Source: Phoronis australis
Taxonomy: Eukaryota; Animalia; Phoronida
Reading direction: 5' to 3'
Length of the DNA stretch: 64,000 bases
NCBI GenBank assembly: GCA_002633005.1
Contig: NMRA01000905.1
Span: forward strand, 1 to 64,000
Numbering within the stretch: the stretch's first letter is position 1; the number at the start of each line of letters is the position of its first letter. Shown here piece after piece: positions 12,610 through 46,344 of this stretch. The notes beneath the pieces are model-generated. The model did no database searches, was not told where the DNA came from, and saw only the letters and a program-made list of their open reading frames with translations. The translations under genes and the position numbers were made by a program.

Positions 12610-12860
12610 GAAGGAGACACAATTGTTTCCTTTGGCTCACGCGTGGAACTCGTGTCGGCATGTACTGATGACTGAGACAGTGCATGTTGAATGTTTTTCA
12701 TTTGCTGTAGAAGAACAAGCAAAGCAGTACTTGACTGGGATATCACGTCCGTGGCCAACCTTTCTGTGATTCCCTGTGACAGTACACGAAACATAACCAC
12801 CCTGAGCATTGAAATAAGAAAAGACATGGTCCATTGTGACAAGCCAGCTTCAAGTGTCGC
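12610..12860 (-). pseudogene. Decayed RING-H2 finger resembling RBX1/APC11, carried as transposon cargo
   Basis: With one frameshift: LSQWTMSF(S)YFNAQGGYVSCTVTGNH...YCFACSSTANEKHSTCTVSVISTCRHEFHA*AKGNNC. Compare RBX1 [51 protein letters not shown]. Confidence 0.5.
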
Positions 12861-13621
12861 TGTTTCTGTCTTGGTTAAACACATGTTTTTAATGACTTTG
12901 ACTCCTGACACTAAAATGGAAGCGCCCAACCAAAGGCAAGAGCCCAAAAAAATCAACTTGTCATTAGCGCAAGTCGAACATTCTGTCCACGTTCCAAGTG
13001 GTCAAAAACTTATTTTTTTGAACTTTTGATTTGCCTGATGACTTTTTACACGATGTGTTTTTGCTTCATTATTTTTTCAGCTGACCGAGTACCCCATTGC
13101 CTACTAGTAGTATGTCTGATTGTTGAGTACATGGTTTGAACAACAGCAGTGTTGGCTTTGAACTCAAAATGAAATAAACAATGAATATAAAATGTTACAT
13201 TGTTCAAAGTATTAAATAAGAATACCTGTCAGTCATTAGCAGTGCTTGGTTGCCCAAGTGTCCAGCGGGAAGCAAATCTACACTATCAAGTGCTGCCCTT
13301 AAAAATACACCGCAAACTAGCAGTCTTGTTTGATCCGTCTCTTCTCTCAATCACGCTCAGGATCACGATGCCACTGTATCGTGTGTGCAAGCCGTCGAAG
13401 TCTGTTACTTCAATCCTCGAATTATATTTTAACTGATATGCGTGAAGTCCGACGTCAGTGTAGCTCCGTCAGGGTCAAATCGGTCTTCCGTGCAGTAAGC
13501 AACGACTCCCAACTTTTCAAAAATTTCAATTTTTACCGCCCATGCTCGGCTTACTGCCCACCCCTTGTTTTTTAGGTTCCCAGTTTAAGCACCCTGGGTG
13601 GTAACGCGGGCGAGTACAGTA

Positions 13622-14420
13622 GTCCTTCGATATTCCAACAATTACATTTCCATGACGACTTGTCTTGCGGGCCTTGGCTTAACCTCCAGTGCTGGACCGG
13701 CTGTGATTGAGACGGACTGGCCATGTGGAACACCTGATCTCCCTGTTGAACAACGGCTTCCGTTTGTGTTGATGTGTTGCGTGGGTCAGCATTAGTCGTG
13801 CGGGGTTTAATTTTTTCTATATTGTTCTCTTCTTCATACACAAACATTCTACCATTATGGATCAGCTTCTTAAAGCTGATTTTGGCGTTTTCCATACTGT
13901 GTGATTGCGAGAATTTGTACAGCTTTTTCCTTGCCTTTTTTACTCGAATTGAGAAGTCTTCTGTTATGAATTTGTCACGGTCTCTCACTTCTCTTTATTT
14001 TACAACCCAGTCTTTGAGCTCGCTCAATGTTTATGACTTCCATGTTCAGCTACTTCTTGAGAAACTCTTCAAGTTGACTTTCCGATTCTTCCCAGGTTTC
14101 GTTACCATTTTCAACGATACCATGGAATATAAGGTTGTTTCGCCTGGATCGGTTCTCTAAATCATCTAATTTTTCTTCCAGTGATTTGACCTGATCACTT
14201 AAGATAGAATTCTCTTCCCTTGATGTGGCATACTCGTATCTGAGAGACTCAATATCGTTGAACAGTTTTTCAAAATTGTCATTTGTTATCTCTAAGTTGA
14301 TGTTTTGATATATCTGTAGTCTTTGGACCAGTCTCACTTCTAGGCATATATAACGAAATGCTTTGAGTCACTGACCTGCCACTGGCTGAAGGTGTTGTTG
14401 TTTTCCTAGACCCAGGCATT
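13622..14420 (-). mobile_element. 5' part of the same LINE: ORF1 (coiled coil + L1-ORF1-like RRM/CTD) and start of ORF2
   Basis: LEEKLDDLENRSRRNNLIFHGIVE..ETWEESE and FITEDFSIRVKKARKKL..KLIHNGRMF, then CWNIEGL (EN start) immediately before the inserted element. Confidence 0.85.
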
Positions 14421-14569
14421 ATTTTGTAAGCAGGAACTCATTTTTAGTGATTTTTCTGATAATTTAAAGAATCCAGCAAACATATGAATAAATTGAAACA
14501 AAAAGGAAACTTTTAATAACGCTCATGGTCTGTGGTGTAGTGTCTTTTGACGTCAAAGACTCTGGTGTA

Positions 14570-14705
14570 GAAAACATAAAGTCAATTCAATATAATAGCC
14601 CTGCCCAATGGAAAAGTCTCCCAGCAGACCTAAGGGATTGTGTCGATCCAACTGTCCTCTTTTTGTTGCTGAGAAATTGGACCCCGCAACAACTGCGTTT
14701 TGTTT
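14570..14705 (+). mobile_element. 3' fragment of a CR1/L2-type LINE
   Basis: KSIQYNSPAQWKSLPADLRDC...LLRNW resembles the WNxLP C-terminal motif. Confidence 0.5.
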
Positions 14706-17700
14706 TCTTTACTCATTCATTTGTTTATAATTATTCACATAAGTGTAATTTTCAGTGAAATGAACCGGGCCATGGCACCAATATGGAAATTATAATGTGA
14801 CAGGTGAACAGCAAACATAACCAATATCAGTAACAGCAAAACAAAGACTTATTAGGGAAAACAAATTAATACAATTACAGGACTGAGGTCAAAGGTCAAT
14901 ATAACAATCCACATCGCGAATGGCTCATGTTTAACTGTTTTTAAAACTGACTTTAACTAAATATTGATTCATTGATTGATTCATTGATTGCGAATCTTCA
15001 TATTCATAATTTGGAAGCTTACTGAGATAAAGACTCGCTATTCTGTATGTTGTTCACGTGTGCACACTCTGTGTTAAGATGCTCCCTCTGGTGGTCTGGC
15101 TTAGTGCACCATGTTAAGGTGCTTTACAATATCCATAAGTCAATGAAGTCTCAAAAATTCTGTCATCAGCTGAGTTGGGAATTCCAGCTTTACTACACAC
15201 AGTTTTTAACATATGTATACTGTGCAAGATGCCTACATGTCCCAGAACATGTTGGTATCAGTGTGCACCATGATAGTAATAGGTATTGTCATTACCGAAC
15301 ATTAAATTTCTTATAATAAAATAACTTTTTAGGATAATAATATTCTGTTTCAAAAATCATTGATGTTATTGTGTGCATTGCCCAGATGTTCATAATCATA
15401 TGATTTTTTTTCTGATGGAATGCGTCTTGATCCATTTTTGGTTTCGTGTGGCTTCAGTGTGAGTCAAAGTGCATAACATGTTGTACATTTGAAAAGTTTG
15501 AATCTACAATAAAGGTTTGCTAGTGATATATAGTGACATATTTTGTTTTGCTCAGTTACTTTCTTTTTGCTAAATAACATTGATTTGATTATTGTGGTTG
15601 CATAAAATTTGACTCCTCAAGTTTCAGCGTGGATGTGGAATGTTTTCCATGACAAAAAAATTTAAGACCTTACTTTGAAATTCATGTCACTAAGTCTCTG
15701 TGTTTCCATTTATAGAATGACAAGTTATTTCTCAAGTGTTTTCAAACCTCAACAGTCAAATGACTTGCATCTAAGGATGAACAAGTCAATGTCATGTTTT
15801 CTAACTTCAAGTATCAAGCTATCTTTCTGATCTAGTGCATTCCTGTTTAGTCATGTGATTAGTGTTAACCTGTGTTGATGCTCATATCCTGATTGTTCTT
15901 AGGTCACATTGCATGAGGTCAATATCACACAGGGTACATAACACAAGGTTATGCATAGCTATAGATATCTCCTGTATGTTGAGGTTTAGGATCAAAACCA
16001 GATAGGGATAGCTAAGGGTGATTGCATTAATAACAGATGTGGGCATAAATGGTGATAAATGTGATAATGACATCTATTTTGTATGGTGGACTTCTTGTAA
16101 TTATCGATCACTCTAATCAAAGCTCCAGAGTGTCATTTACATTTTGTTTCCATTTTAAGAGTAGTGATACTAGGGGAATATGTTCCCTTTTTTGGTGTAT
16201 CAGGATGCTCAGGTTTGTTACCATTGAGGGCCCACTGCTCCTGGTAATCGGTACTTAGTGGAACATGCAAATTTTAGTACTCATTCTCTCTGACCCATTT
16301 GTCCCCAATTATTGTTGTGACCTCTCAAAAATTTGTGCACTTGACAGATACAATTGAAATACTGAGAGACAGAGAGGGTGCAGCTGTGTGTTAACAAAGC
16401 TGAAAATGATAAATTTTTCAGTGTTACCAGATCGTTGTCAAAGGCTTTTACAATGGAGATCGATAGACAAGAATATTGAGAATAGAGAAAAAGGGACCAC
16501 CGCAACTTGTATTGTTTGATAAGTTCTAATAAGTAAACATACCGGTACTAAGTTTTTGAGAGTTCCGTCAAGGGAAGCCTGAGCAATGTCTCTGTAAGGA
16601 GGAAAATAATGGTCACTACAGTGCCACTCTTATTTCAACAAAAAAAACATTATTGTGAAAATTCTTCAGTTTGAGATGCAATATGGCTGAGATGTGAAAT
16701 TTCAATTTGTCAACAAAATAACTTCAGAAAAAATTATTTTGCTTGTAGCATAGTTTGTTTGGTGTAGCTATTACCAAACAATGTGCTAATTTTTTGAGCT
16801 TATGCAACAATGTGGTAAGACTCTGAAAAATAGAAATATAGCAATTTTAGCAATAATTTTTGTTCCAAATTCAATAATATTTACCGTAGCCACCAGGACG
16901 CATTGAAAAGACACACGGACAAAAATTGTGCTTTACAAAGGGGGTTAATGTACAAAAAAACAAGAAATAATCAATAAGCAAAAGAGCAGTCATAATAATG
17001 AGAGATCTATCCACAAACCGGGTTTTAAAATGTTCCGTCAAAAAGTGCTCGAGCTATGGTCTGTATACTGAAAAATCAAGAAATGGCTGCCGCAGCACCA
17101 CTTTATATCCTGTTTCAACCAATAACAATAGGCCCTCACCTGTTGACCACACTCCTGTGTGTAAACTGCATGTTGATTGCCCAAGAAATGCTATGTGTAG
17201 TGTGAGAAAAAACAAAAAAACACTAAAAGATTTTGCCAAGTAAAAACAAACTTTCTGAATAAGCAATGTATTTGAGAAAATTTCATTATGTTAAAGCCAC
17301 ATAGGCCTACTTGGCAAAGAATTTGCTAAGTAATGAATTGCCATTTTCGCACTTTGGGTCAGGGTTTCAAAAAATCTTGTCCTAGATTCTCATCTAAATT
17401 GGTGAAGTTAGACACTGGTCACAAGTTTTTCAAATCTTAGTTTTTGGCAATTGGCCACCTATTTAGCGATTTTCAGCTGAACAGTTTCTACTACTGTATT
17501 TGCCCTAATAAGTGTGCAGGGCACTTAGAAAAATTCGTTTCAAGAGAGGGGGGGGCACTTATTATAGCCGAAGGCAGTTGAAACCCAGTCTCCGAAATGG
17601 GTTTAATCTTAAGCTAGGATTCGTATCTGTAACCTATGACAGACTTTCTACAAAATTGTAGTGTATTTCTATCAATCTTCGTTGTTAAATTACAATCATT

Positions 17701-18127
17701 TTTCAGTAAACTGTGCTGAAATCCCCTGGACGAAAACTCGCTGACTGATGCGTCCTTGCCTTGCGATCGGCAATAGAGCAACTTGAATTCTTGAATAAAA
17801 ATGAAAGTACAGTTTCGACTCAACAAATTACCTGAAGTCCTCCTTAAGTTTTCAAAATAGCGTCCCTAAGATTTTTAAGTTCCTGTTTATTAGCTGCATA
17901 TCAAGTCCAAATCGGCGCCAGATTGTACCTCGCAACACGAGAAAATTCTCTGGACGAACACACATGTTGTCACGTGACGTTTGTTTTGCAGTTTGTCTGC
18001 GTATTGTGTGAGCAAGCACGTGCAGGTGATCAGAGTTCATTTGCCAGAGTAAATAATGTAGAAAATAAATCTGAAACTAAATAAGGCGATCCAGATCCTC
18101 CCAAGGATACTATTGTTTCACGAAATG

Positions 18128-18333
18128 TAGAATATAAATAGGTAAATAAAACAAGAATGGATCAACTGAAATTTTTGGATGTAATAACGTCCTTTGTCAA
18201 CAGAAACAGAAATAAAGTAAAATCAAACACTATATGAATATACTTTATTTCTGTTTCTGTTGACAAAGGACATTATTACATCAAAAAATTGCAGTTGATC
18301 CATTCTTGTTGTTTTATTTACCTATTTATATTC
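18128..18333. repeat. Fold-back inverted repeat (~92-bp arms, ~21-bp spacer)
   Basis: GAATATAAATAGGTAAATAAAACAAGAATGGATCAACTG...GAAATAAAGTA is mirrored at 18241-18333. Confidence 0.85.
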
Positions 18334-18754
18334 CAGAGTAAATGCAATGTAACGATCTAGGTGTGCATTGTAACTAACGAAATTAACACAAGCAGTAAAG
18401 CAGAACATGTTTTATTTAGCACTTGTTGATCTCATCCGCTAAAAAACATTCGACACTTGTCTCAGTGAGTTGGCGGGTGACTGGATGCATGACAGTCTAA
18501 CAGTTATTTTCCGGGAGATTCGGGAAGGGGGGGAGGGGGGTAAGGGTGCGGAAGTGTTTGCTATCAGTGGGTTATTTTGACTTTAAAAACATCAATTATG
18601 ATTAATTAAACAATTCTTCCTAAAAATAACACAAACGTTTTTTATGATATTAGAAACTTTCTGAAATTGTGCTAACATTTATTTCTTGCCGATGCTATGC
18701 TACCTGTTTCATGAATAGATAGTTACATAGGTACATGTATGTAGTGCGCGCTTC

Positions 18755-19125
18755 ATGGTCACGTGCTTTTAACAAATGTCAATTTTTCGATTCGTGGTTT
18801 TCTCATGTTCGAAGAAATTTCATGTTGAGAGAGAAGATCTGTACGGAAATATACAATACAATCCCTTTGACAAGTACACTGCGTCTGTTCTGAAAGGCCA
18901 AGCCATAATGGGACAATATACAATACAATCCCTTTGACAAGTACACTGCGTCTGTTCTGAAAGGCCAAGCCATAATTGGACAATTGTTCCTCGCGAGATC
19001 AGCAAAACTTTTGCGATCTTTTTGAAGCATGGCGGAAGTTTGGAGTGTATAGTCACGGCTAAATACCGACATATCGGTGTGGCTGGTGGTCTACAAATTC
19101 TGCGCACAATGATTTTTTTCAATAC
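18755..19125 (+). pseudogene. Decayed HIRAN-domain protein with an internal 67-bp tandem duplication
   Basis: Across frameshifts: SIRGF(H)V ... YNPFDKYTASVLKGQAIIG/VPREISKTFAIFLKHGGSLECIVTAKYRHIGVAGGLQI. This fits the HIRAN pattern G(Y/F)..N-x-x-D-x-x-A-x-x-V...G(H/Y)(V/L)P. The duplication is at 18848-18983. Confidence 0.65.
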
Positions 19126-19654
19126 TTTCAGACCTTGTTGATAAATTGCAGATGTTACTGTAGAATTTCAGAACTTTAGGTAAGGCATTTTTCTCATGTA
19201 CACGTTCATGGGCTGGGTGCTTATTTTAGCGATGTCTGAAAATGCGGGGGGGGTGCTAATTAGGGCCTGGGCACTTATTAGGGCGAATATGGTAATTAAG
19301 ATTTCTGGCAATCTTTAAGCGCTCATATCACAATAACAATCTTCAGAGGTGATTATATCAATGTGTAGCTTATAAGCTCTTCTATTCAATATTTGCAAAA
19401 ACATTGTATTTCCTTACCTTTAGACCTGCCACCTATTGAGTTTTTGAAGAAAATCTGCCATGATGGATTTTTTTTGAAAACTGATGTGGAATTACTTACT
19501 TCATTTTGTTTGAAATTGAAAAGGTTTACTGTAGTCGTTCTAGTGTAGTTTGTACCATGCAATGGCCAGTTAAATTGGCAATGATGTAGGCTAATAGCTG
19601 ATTGTCATGATCTTCTCTTCTATATGTACTTTCAGTTAATTGTTAGGATCAAGC

Positions 19655-42321
<22,667 letters not shown>

Positions 42322-44071
42322 CAGTTGTAAGCAATACTGTACACAGACAGATCCCGTTGTCATAACTGAGACATGTGAAATGGTAGAGTAGCCAACATTA
42401 CATTAGGTAGAGAACACACAGTTGTTGTTAGGCCCACACTGCAGAGTTATGTCAGTTTGTATGTTGCAAAATACAGTTGTTACACCAAGGTTCTGTGCAA
42501 GATCCCTATTAAGTCATAAATCATCACCAATGTCTGTGTTCAGACTCTGTCATGTAGTCATCTAGAGAAAAGCACATTTTGTTTACCGCTTGTTCCCAAA
42601 TGTTATCTTTCACCCTTGAAGCTATTACACTGGTTTTGTGTTACTAGTGAACAGAAGTGGTGTAATGGATAGTATCTGCTTGCAACACTTATGTTTAGGA
42701 GATTGTTTTGGACAGTTTTCAGTGATTTCAACAAACAACTTGGTCTCGTTACTTTGTATTACACTTATATCCATTAATGACCTGCTCTACCTTTCCTTAA
42801 TTGGTTCAACCATTATGGCAAGAGTAATCTATATTTGCATTCAGTATATTGCTGTCTGGCTGTATTATGTCAGCAAGGTTTCTCAAAAGTCGAATGCTGA
42901 CTTGAGAAGATGCACAACTCAACCATCGTTAAAATTTAGAGTGTCAGGATGTCTCCTGTTCACTATCCAATGGAATTCAAGACATTTGAATCGCATAAGT
43001 CATCTTGCCGGCTACCGCTGTTATCACTTAAATCCTCGTACATATGTTTACACTTGGAACTGGGAAGATAAGCAATGTCTTAACATGTCTGGTGGTTGGA
43101 AACCTGCCTCACTGCTGGTCCAGCCAAGAATGCTGATTAACACAAAGGAATATCTTCACACAGGCCTGTTTTAGAAAAATTAATATTTTTTGAAAGACCA
43201 TGGAAAATTGTATCAGTTTCTAAAAATAAACATAATTAATATTAATGTGGACGAAAATCATATCAGTGTCAAGCATTGTCATCCAGGACAAATTCACAAA
43301 ATGTTGAATGGTAAAATAAGTACAATGGCAGAGCAATAAGGGTTTAATTAAATGCAGTACTTCTGACCTTATTTGCACTGTTAGGAATACTAAAGTGGTT
43401 ATATGGTTATAAACCTCTGTTCCATTCAAGAAGGTAACTTTTCATGTAGATCACTCATCTCTAGGAAATTTGTCTAGACTTGCCCCTTGGCAAGTTATTT
43501 CTGAGTTCGTTATTCGCCGAGACAATACTCTGCTCATGAAATGATACGCCACGACCACAGCTCAAGGGGCCTGACGTTGAGTAGTAACGGACCATAGGTT
43601 ATTTTGTAGCCGTGCAATCATCTCTGAATTAACCAATAACAATCGAGGCCAATTTGTTAACAGGAGGTGGTCTAAATCAAAAGTTCAAGGCCAAATGAGT
43701 GTTGGGTATATAATATGATGGTCACTGAATCAAAAATGATCACTTCAGAATTTAATAATGTAAACATTTCGCTTAAATGCATAGAACTAGTTAATGCATC
43801 TTTTCGCTATAAACAAATGATCAAAAACAGCAAGTATGAAGCCAATGAAAACTGAATCCTCTTTGCGCACAAACATTTTCAAGCTGATGTAAGTCATTCT
43901 TGTCAAAAAATAATTTTTGATTCTGACCATTTACCATTATACATTTAGTCTGAATTTGTTCATTACTTAGTAGTACTGCTCATGCCATCTTCAAGGTTTT
44001 GAGCCTCACAGAAGACCCGTTTAAAGTAGTGTAGTATTGTAGATGGATTATTCTAGAAATGCATATTACTA

Positions 44072-44530
44072 CAGAGCTCGATGCTTAGCATACAGCCAAC
44101 TCTCCAAATGCAACATGGCAAAATTCCAGGTCGCCAAATGGCAAATGAAGTTGCCAACACAAAAATGAGGAAACCCATGTACGGGGGTGCGAAACTCTTG
44201 GACCCGTTAGCTAGTCAGAAGTAACAAAACGTGGTGCCCGAATTGAAGAACCAGCTCCAGAATACCCGAGATCACTAGTCAAGAAGAAAGTAAGGAGTAG
44301 ATCTTGTGCTCTGTAATGACCAAATTGCCCCTCGGGCCCAATATTTCACGCAGGCTCACCTCTGACCTCAGGGAGAAGCATACGAACAGCATGTTGTATA
44401 TGGCTTGTGAACAGGTTTTTGTCAAACACTTTCGACTCCAGTCCGTTTATTTTTCACAGTATTTCGATTGCACGCTCGCATTTGTGTGTGGTGACTTCGT
44501 GTTTTGACCATGTCTCCAAATCAAGCCCTG
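44072..44530. mobile_element. hAT-like MITE with 5-bp TSD in the probable PI3K 3' UTR
   Basis: TIRs CAGAGCTCGA / TCAAGCCCTG, with flanks TACTA / TGCTA. Confidence 0.65.
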
Positions 44531-44938
44531 TGCTAATATGCATTTTATGCTAAAAGTAAAAAAATGTAATATGTGAAGTTTGCAGTAGTGCACAGTCGGT
44601 TAATGTTGTCGACACGCAAAGAACTGTCATCTAACCTATGCATTAATCAGGATTTTTGTAGAATCCCAGTGGAGGCAACACAGTTTGAAGAAATGATTCA
44701 CAATTGTACACCATAATTTATTTCAGTCATATTTACTATTTATATACGCTTTATTCACTGTGCTTCCCGAGACTGTTGACATTTTTAACTCTCGTTTTTA
44801 TGTATTTTGCATAGGTATGCAAGTTGCTAAATATTTAACATATTTATACTTTTTGAAATTGCTGTTTAAATGCTGAACTGATTGGATAAAATTCATTTAC
44901 ACCATTTTTTGAAAATGATTGTATTTTGTGCAATGTGT

Positions 44939-44944
44939 AATAAA
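44939..44944 (+). promoter_or_regulatory. Candidate polyadenylation signal of the PI3K gene (second AATAAA at ~45038)
   Basis: AATAAA follows an AU-rich tract about 2.6 kb downstream of the stop codon. Confidence 0.45.
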
Positions 44945-45237
44945 AAGATTTGAGAAGTCTGTAATTTTGAAGTTTGCACCAGGGTACTGTCAGTTTTTAA
45001 ATCTAATGAAAAACATATATCTTGTGGGGAAAAGTTGAATAAAAACAACACAGAATTTCAAACACAACACGTGTTGGTGTAACACCAATCATTGTGAAGC
45101 TGCGGTTCAAAGAGAAGTTTTGGGGCTGGGTATGAAACAATTAGATGCACAAGAAGACGACTCTCGTGTTAAGACAATGATGCACTCGGGCAGCTACCAG
45201 AGTCCACTGTTTTTTTCAATCCTTGAGATAGATAGAT

Positions 45238-45736
45238 CAGGGCTTGGAATGACCAATGACAAAAAACGCGGAAACTTTCACGGCCCAAATCATGCCCGAT
45301 AATCAGCCTTGAAATGGTCAATGTGAACCTTTCCCCGACAAAAATCATGATTAAAAAAAAAAAAAAAAAACGGTTACCACCATCAGTAGCATGCGTCTGC
45401 GTCCTTTCAGCTCGCCCGTCCACTCCCAACCCACACATTTTTGGCTGCATAGCGGTAGTATTTGTCACCGCACTTAACAATAACACGAGATGCCATTGAA
45501 AATCCCACCACGCTGTCCCAGATGCCCCGGCAATGTTGACAATTTACGTTCCTCCGAACATAAAGAGCAACTTCCGCTTTTCGAGGTGAACGTCGTCTGC
45601 AACGCCGCGGTAAGAAAGGAATTTGCCGCGGAAATTTTATATCAAATCAGATTTTTTACGCGGAAATATAAAAAAAGCGGAAAGCACATTTGAAAAAAGC
45701 GGAAATCCGCGTTTCCGCGGAAAATTCCAAGCCCTG
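45238..45736 (-). mobile_element. hAT-like MITE with 6-bp TSD (inverted sibling of 22151-22658)
   Basis: TIRs CAGGGCTTGGAAT / ATTCCAAGCCCTG, with ATAGAT on both flanks. Confidence 0.9.
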
Positions 45737-46007
45737 ATAGATATTTAACTGGTATCAAGCTATTACTCGATGCACGCTTTGCACAAATCTCTAGTGTTGC
45801 TGTATTATCATTAAGTCTCTGTATTGTATTTTGTGTCTTAGAATTAGACCCAACCTCAAGGCTTTGTGATTCTCGATTTGCAGCTTGAGAATGGTAGCTG
45901 TACCTGCCAAAACATTCATTATTGTTACTTTTTGTACAACAACTAAACATAAACACAATCTTGGTGTATATCTGAAAGTACACGAGTGTGTTTGTACATT
46001 ACCTGGG

Positions 46008-46013
46008 TTTATT
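46008..46013 (-). promoter_or_regulatory. Candidate polyadenylation signal of NUS1
   Basis: TTTATT on + (AATAAA on -), about 330 nt downstream of the NUS1 stop. Confidence 0.45.
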
Positions 46014-46344
46014 AAACAATTGCAGTTAACATACTCGATTCTTAGCAAAAGCTACTTTCTCCACCATTTGGGAGGTCACAAGTGAAGGTATGTACCATTT
46101 CCAGAACAATTGATACCATGGCTACAACTTTGGTGGAGTTGACCGTTTCCTGCCATCAATAAGGGCCGAGCTGTAAACACTTTGAGATACCATCTTCCTT
46201 GAGCAGGGTTCTTTCACTGTATCTGACATCTTGCACAAGTTTCTCGAGAGATATCGTCTTGTGTAACCAGAAACATGTCTCCAGTAACTTATGACCATTG
46301 CATAACAGAAACACTAAACAAAATGTGCACCTAAGCACTTGTCA

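Larger units (their letters stand above)
11487..13619. mobile_element. Non-autonomous pogo/Tc2-type (Tc1/mariner superfamily) element inserted in the LINE endonuclease
   Basis: Ends are TA|CCGTACTCG ... CGAGTACAG|TA, with subterminal repeats GCTCGGCTTACCGCCCA. Removing the element and one TA restores WNIEGL-KHKIQRFDFVNMICTYDIIAFLETW in frame. Confidence 0.88.
17494..19292. mobile_element. Non-autonomous pogo/Tc2-type element carrying a decayed HIRAN-domain ORF
   Basis: Ends are TA|CTGTATTTGCCCTAATAAGTG ... CACTTATTAGGGCGAATATGG|TA, with subterminal GGGCACTTATT/GGTGCTTATT repeats. Confidence 0.85.

Noticed and set aside
6937-14803. Short AG...GT segments (6937-6956, 14756-14803) as extra PI3K 5' UTR exons
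   Set aside because: Splice-like signals alone are too common to support a call without transcript data.
42638-43174. 178-aa + strand ORF downstream of PI3K
   Set aside because: It starts at GTG rather than ATG, has no recognisable motifs, and lies in the probable 3' UTR. Likely a chance ORF.
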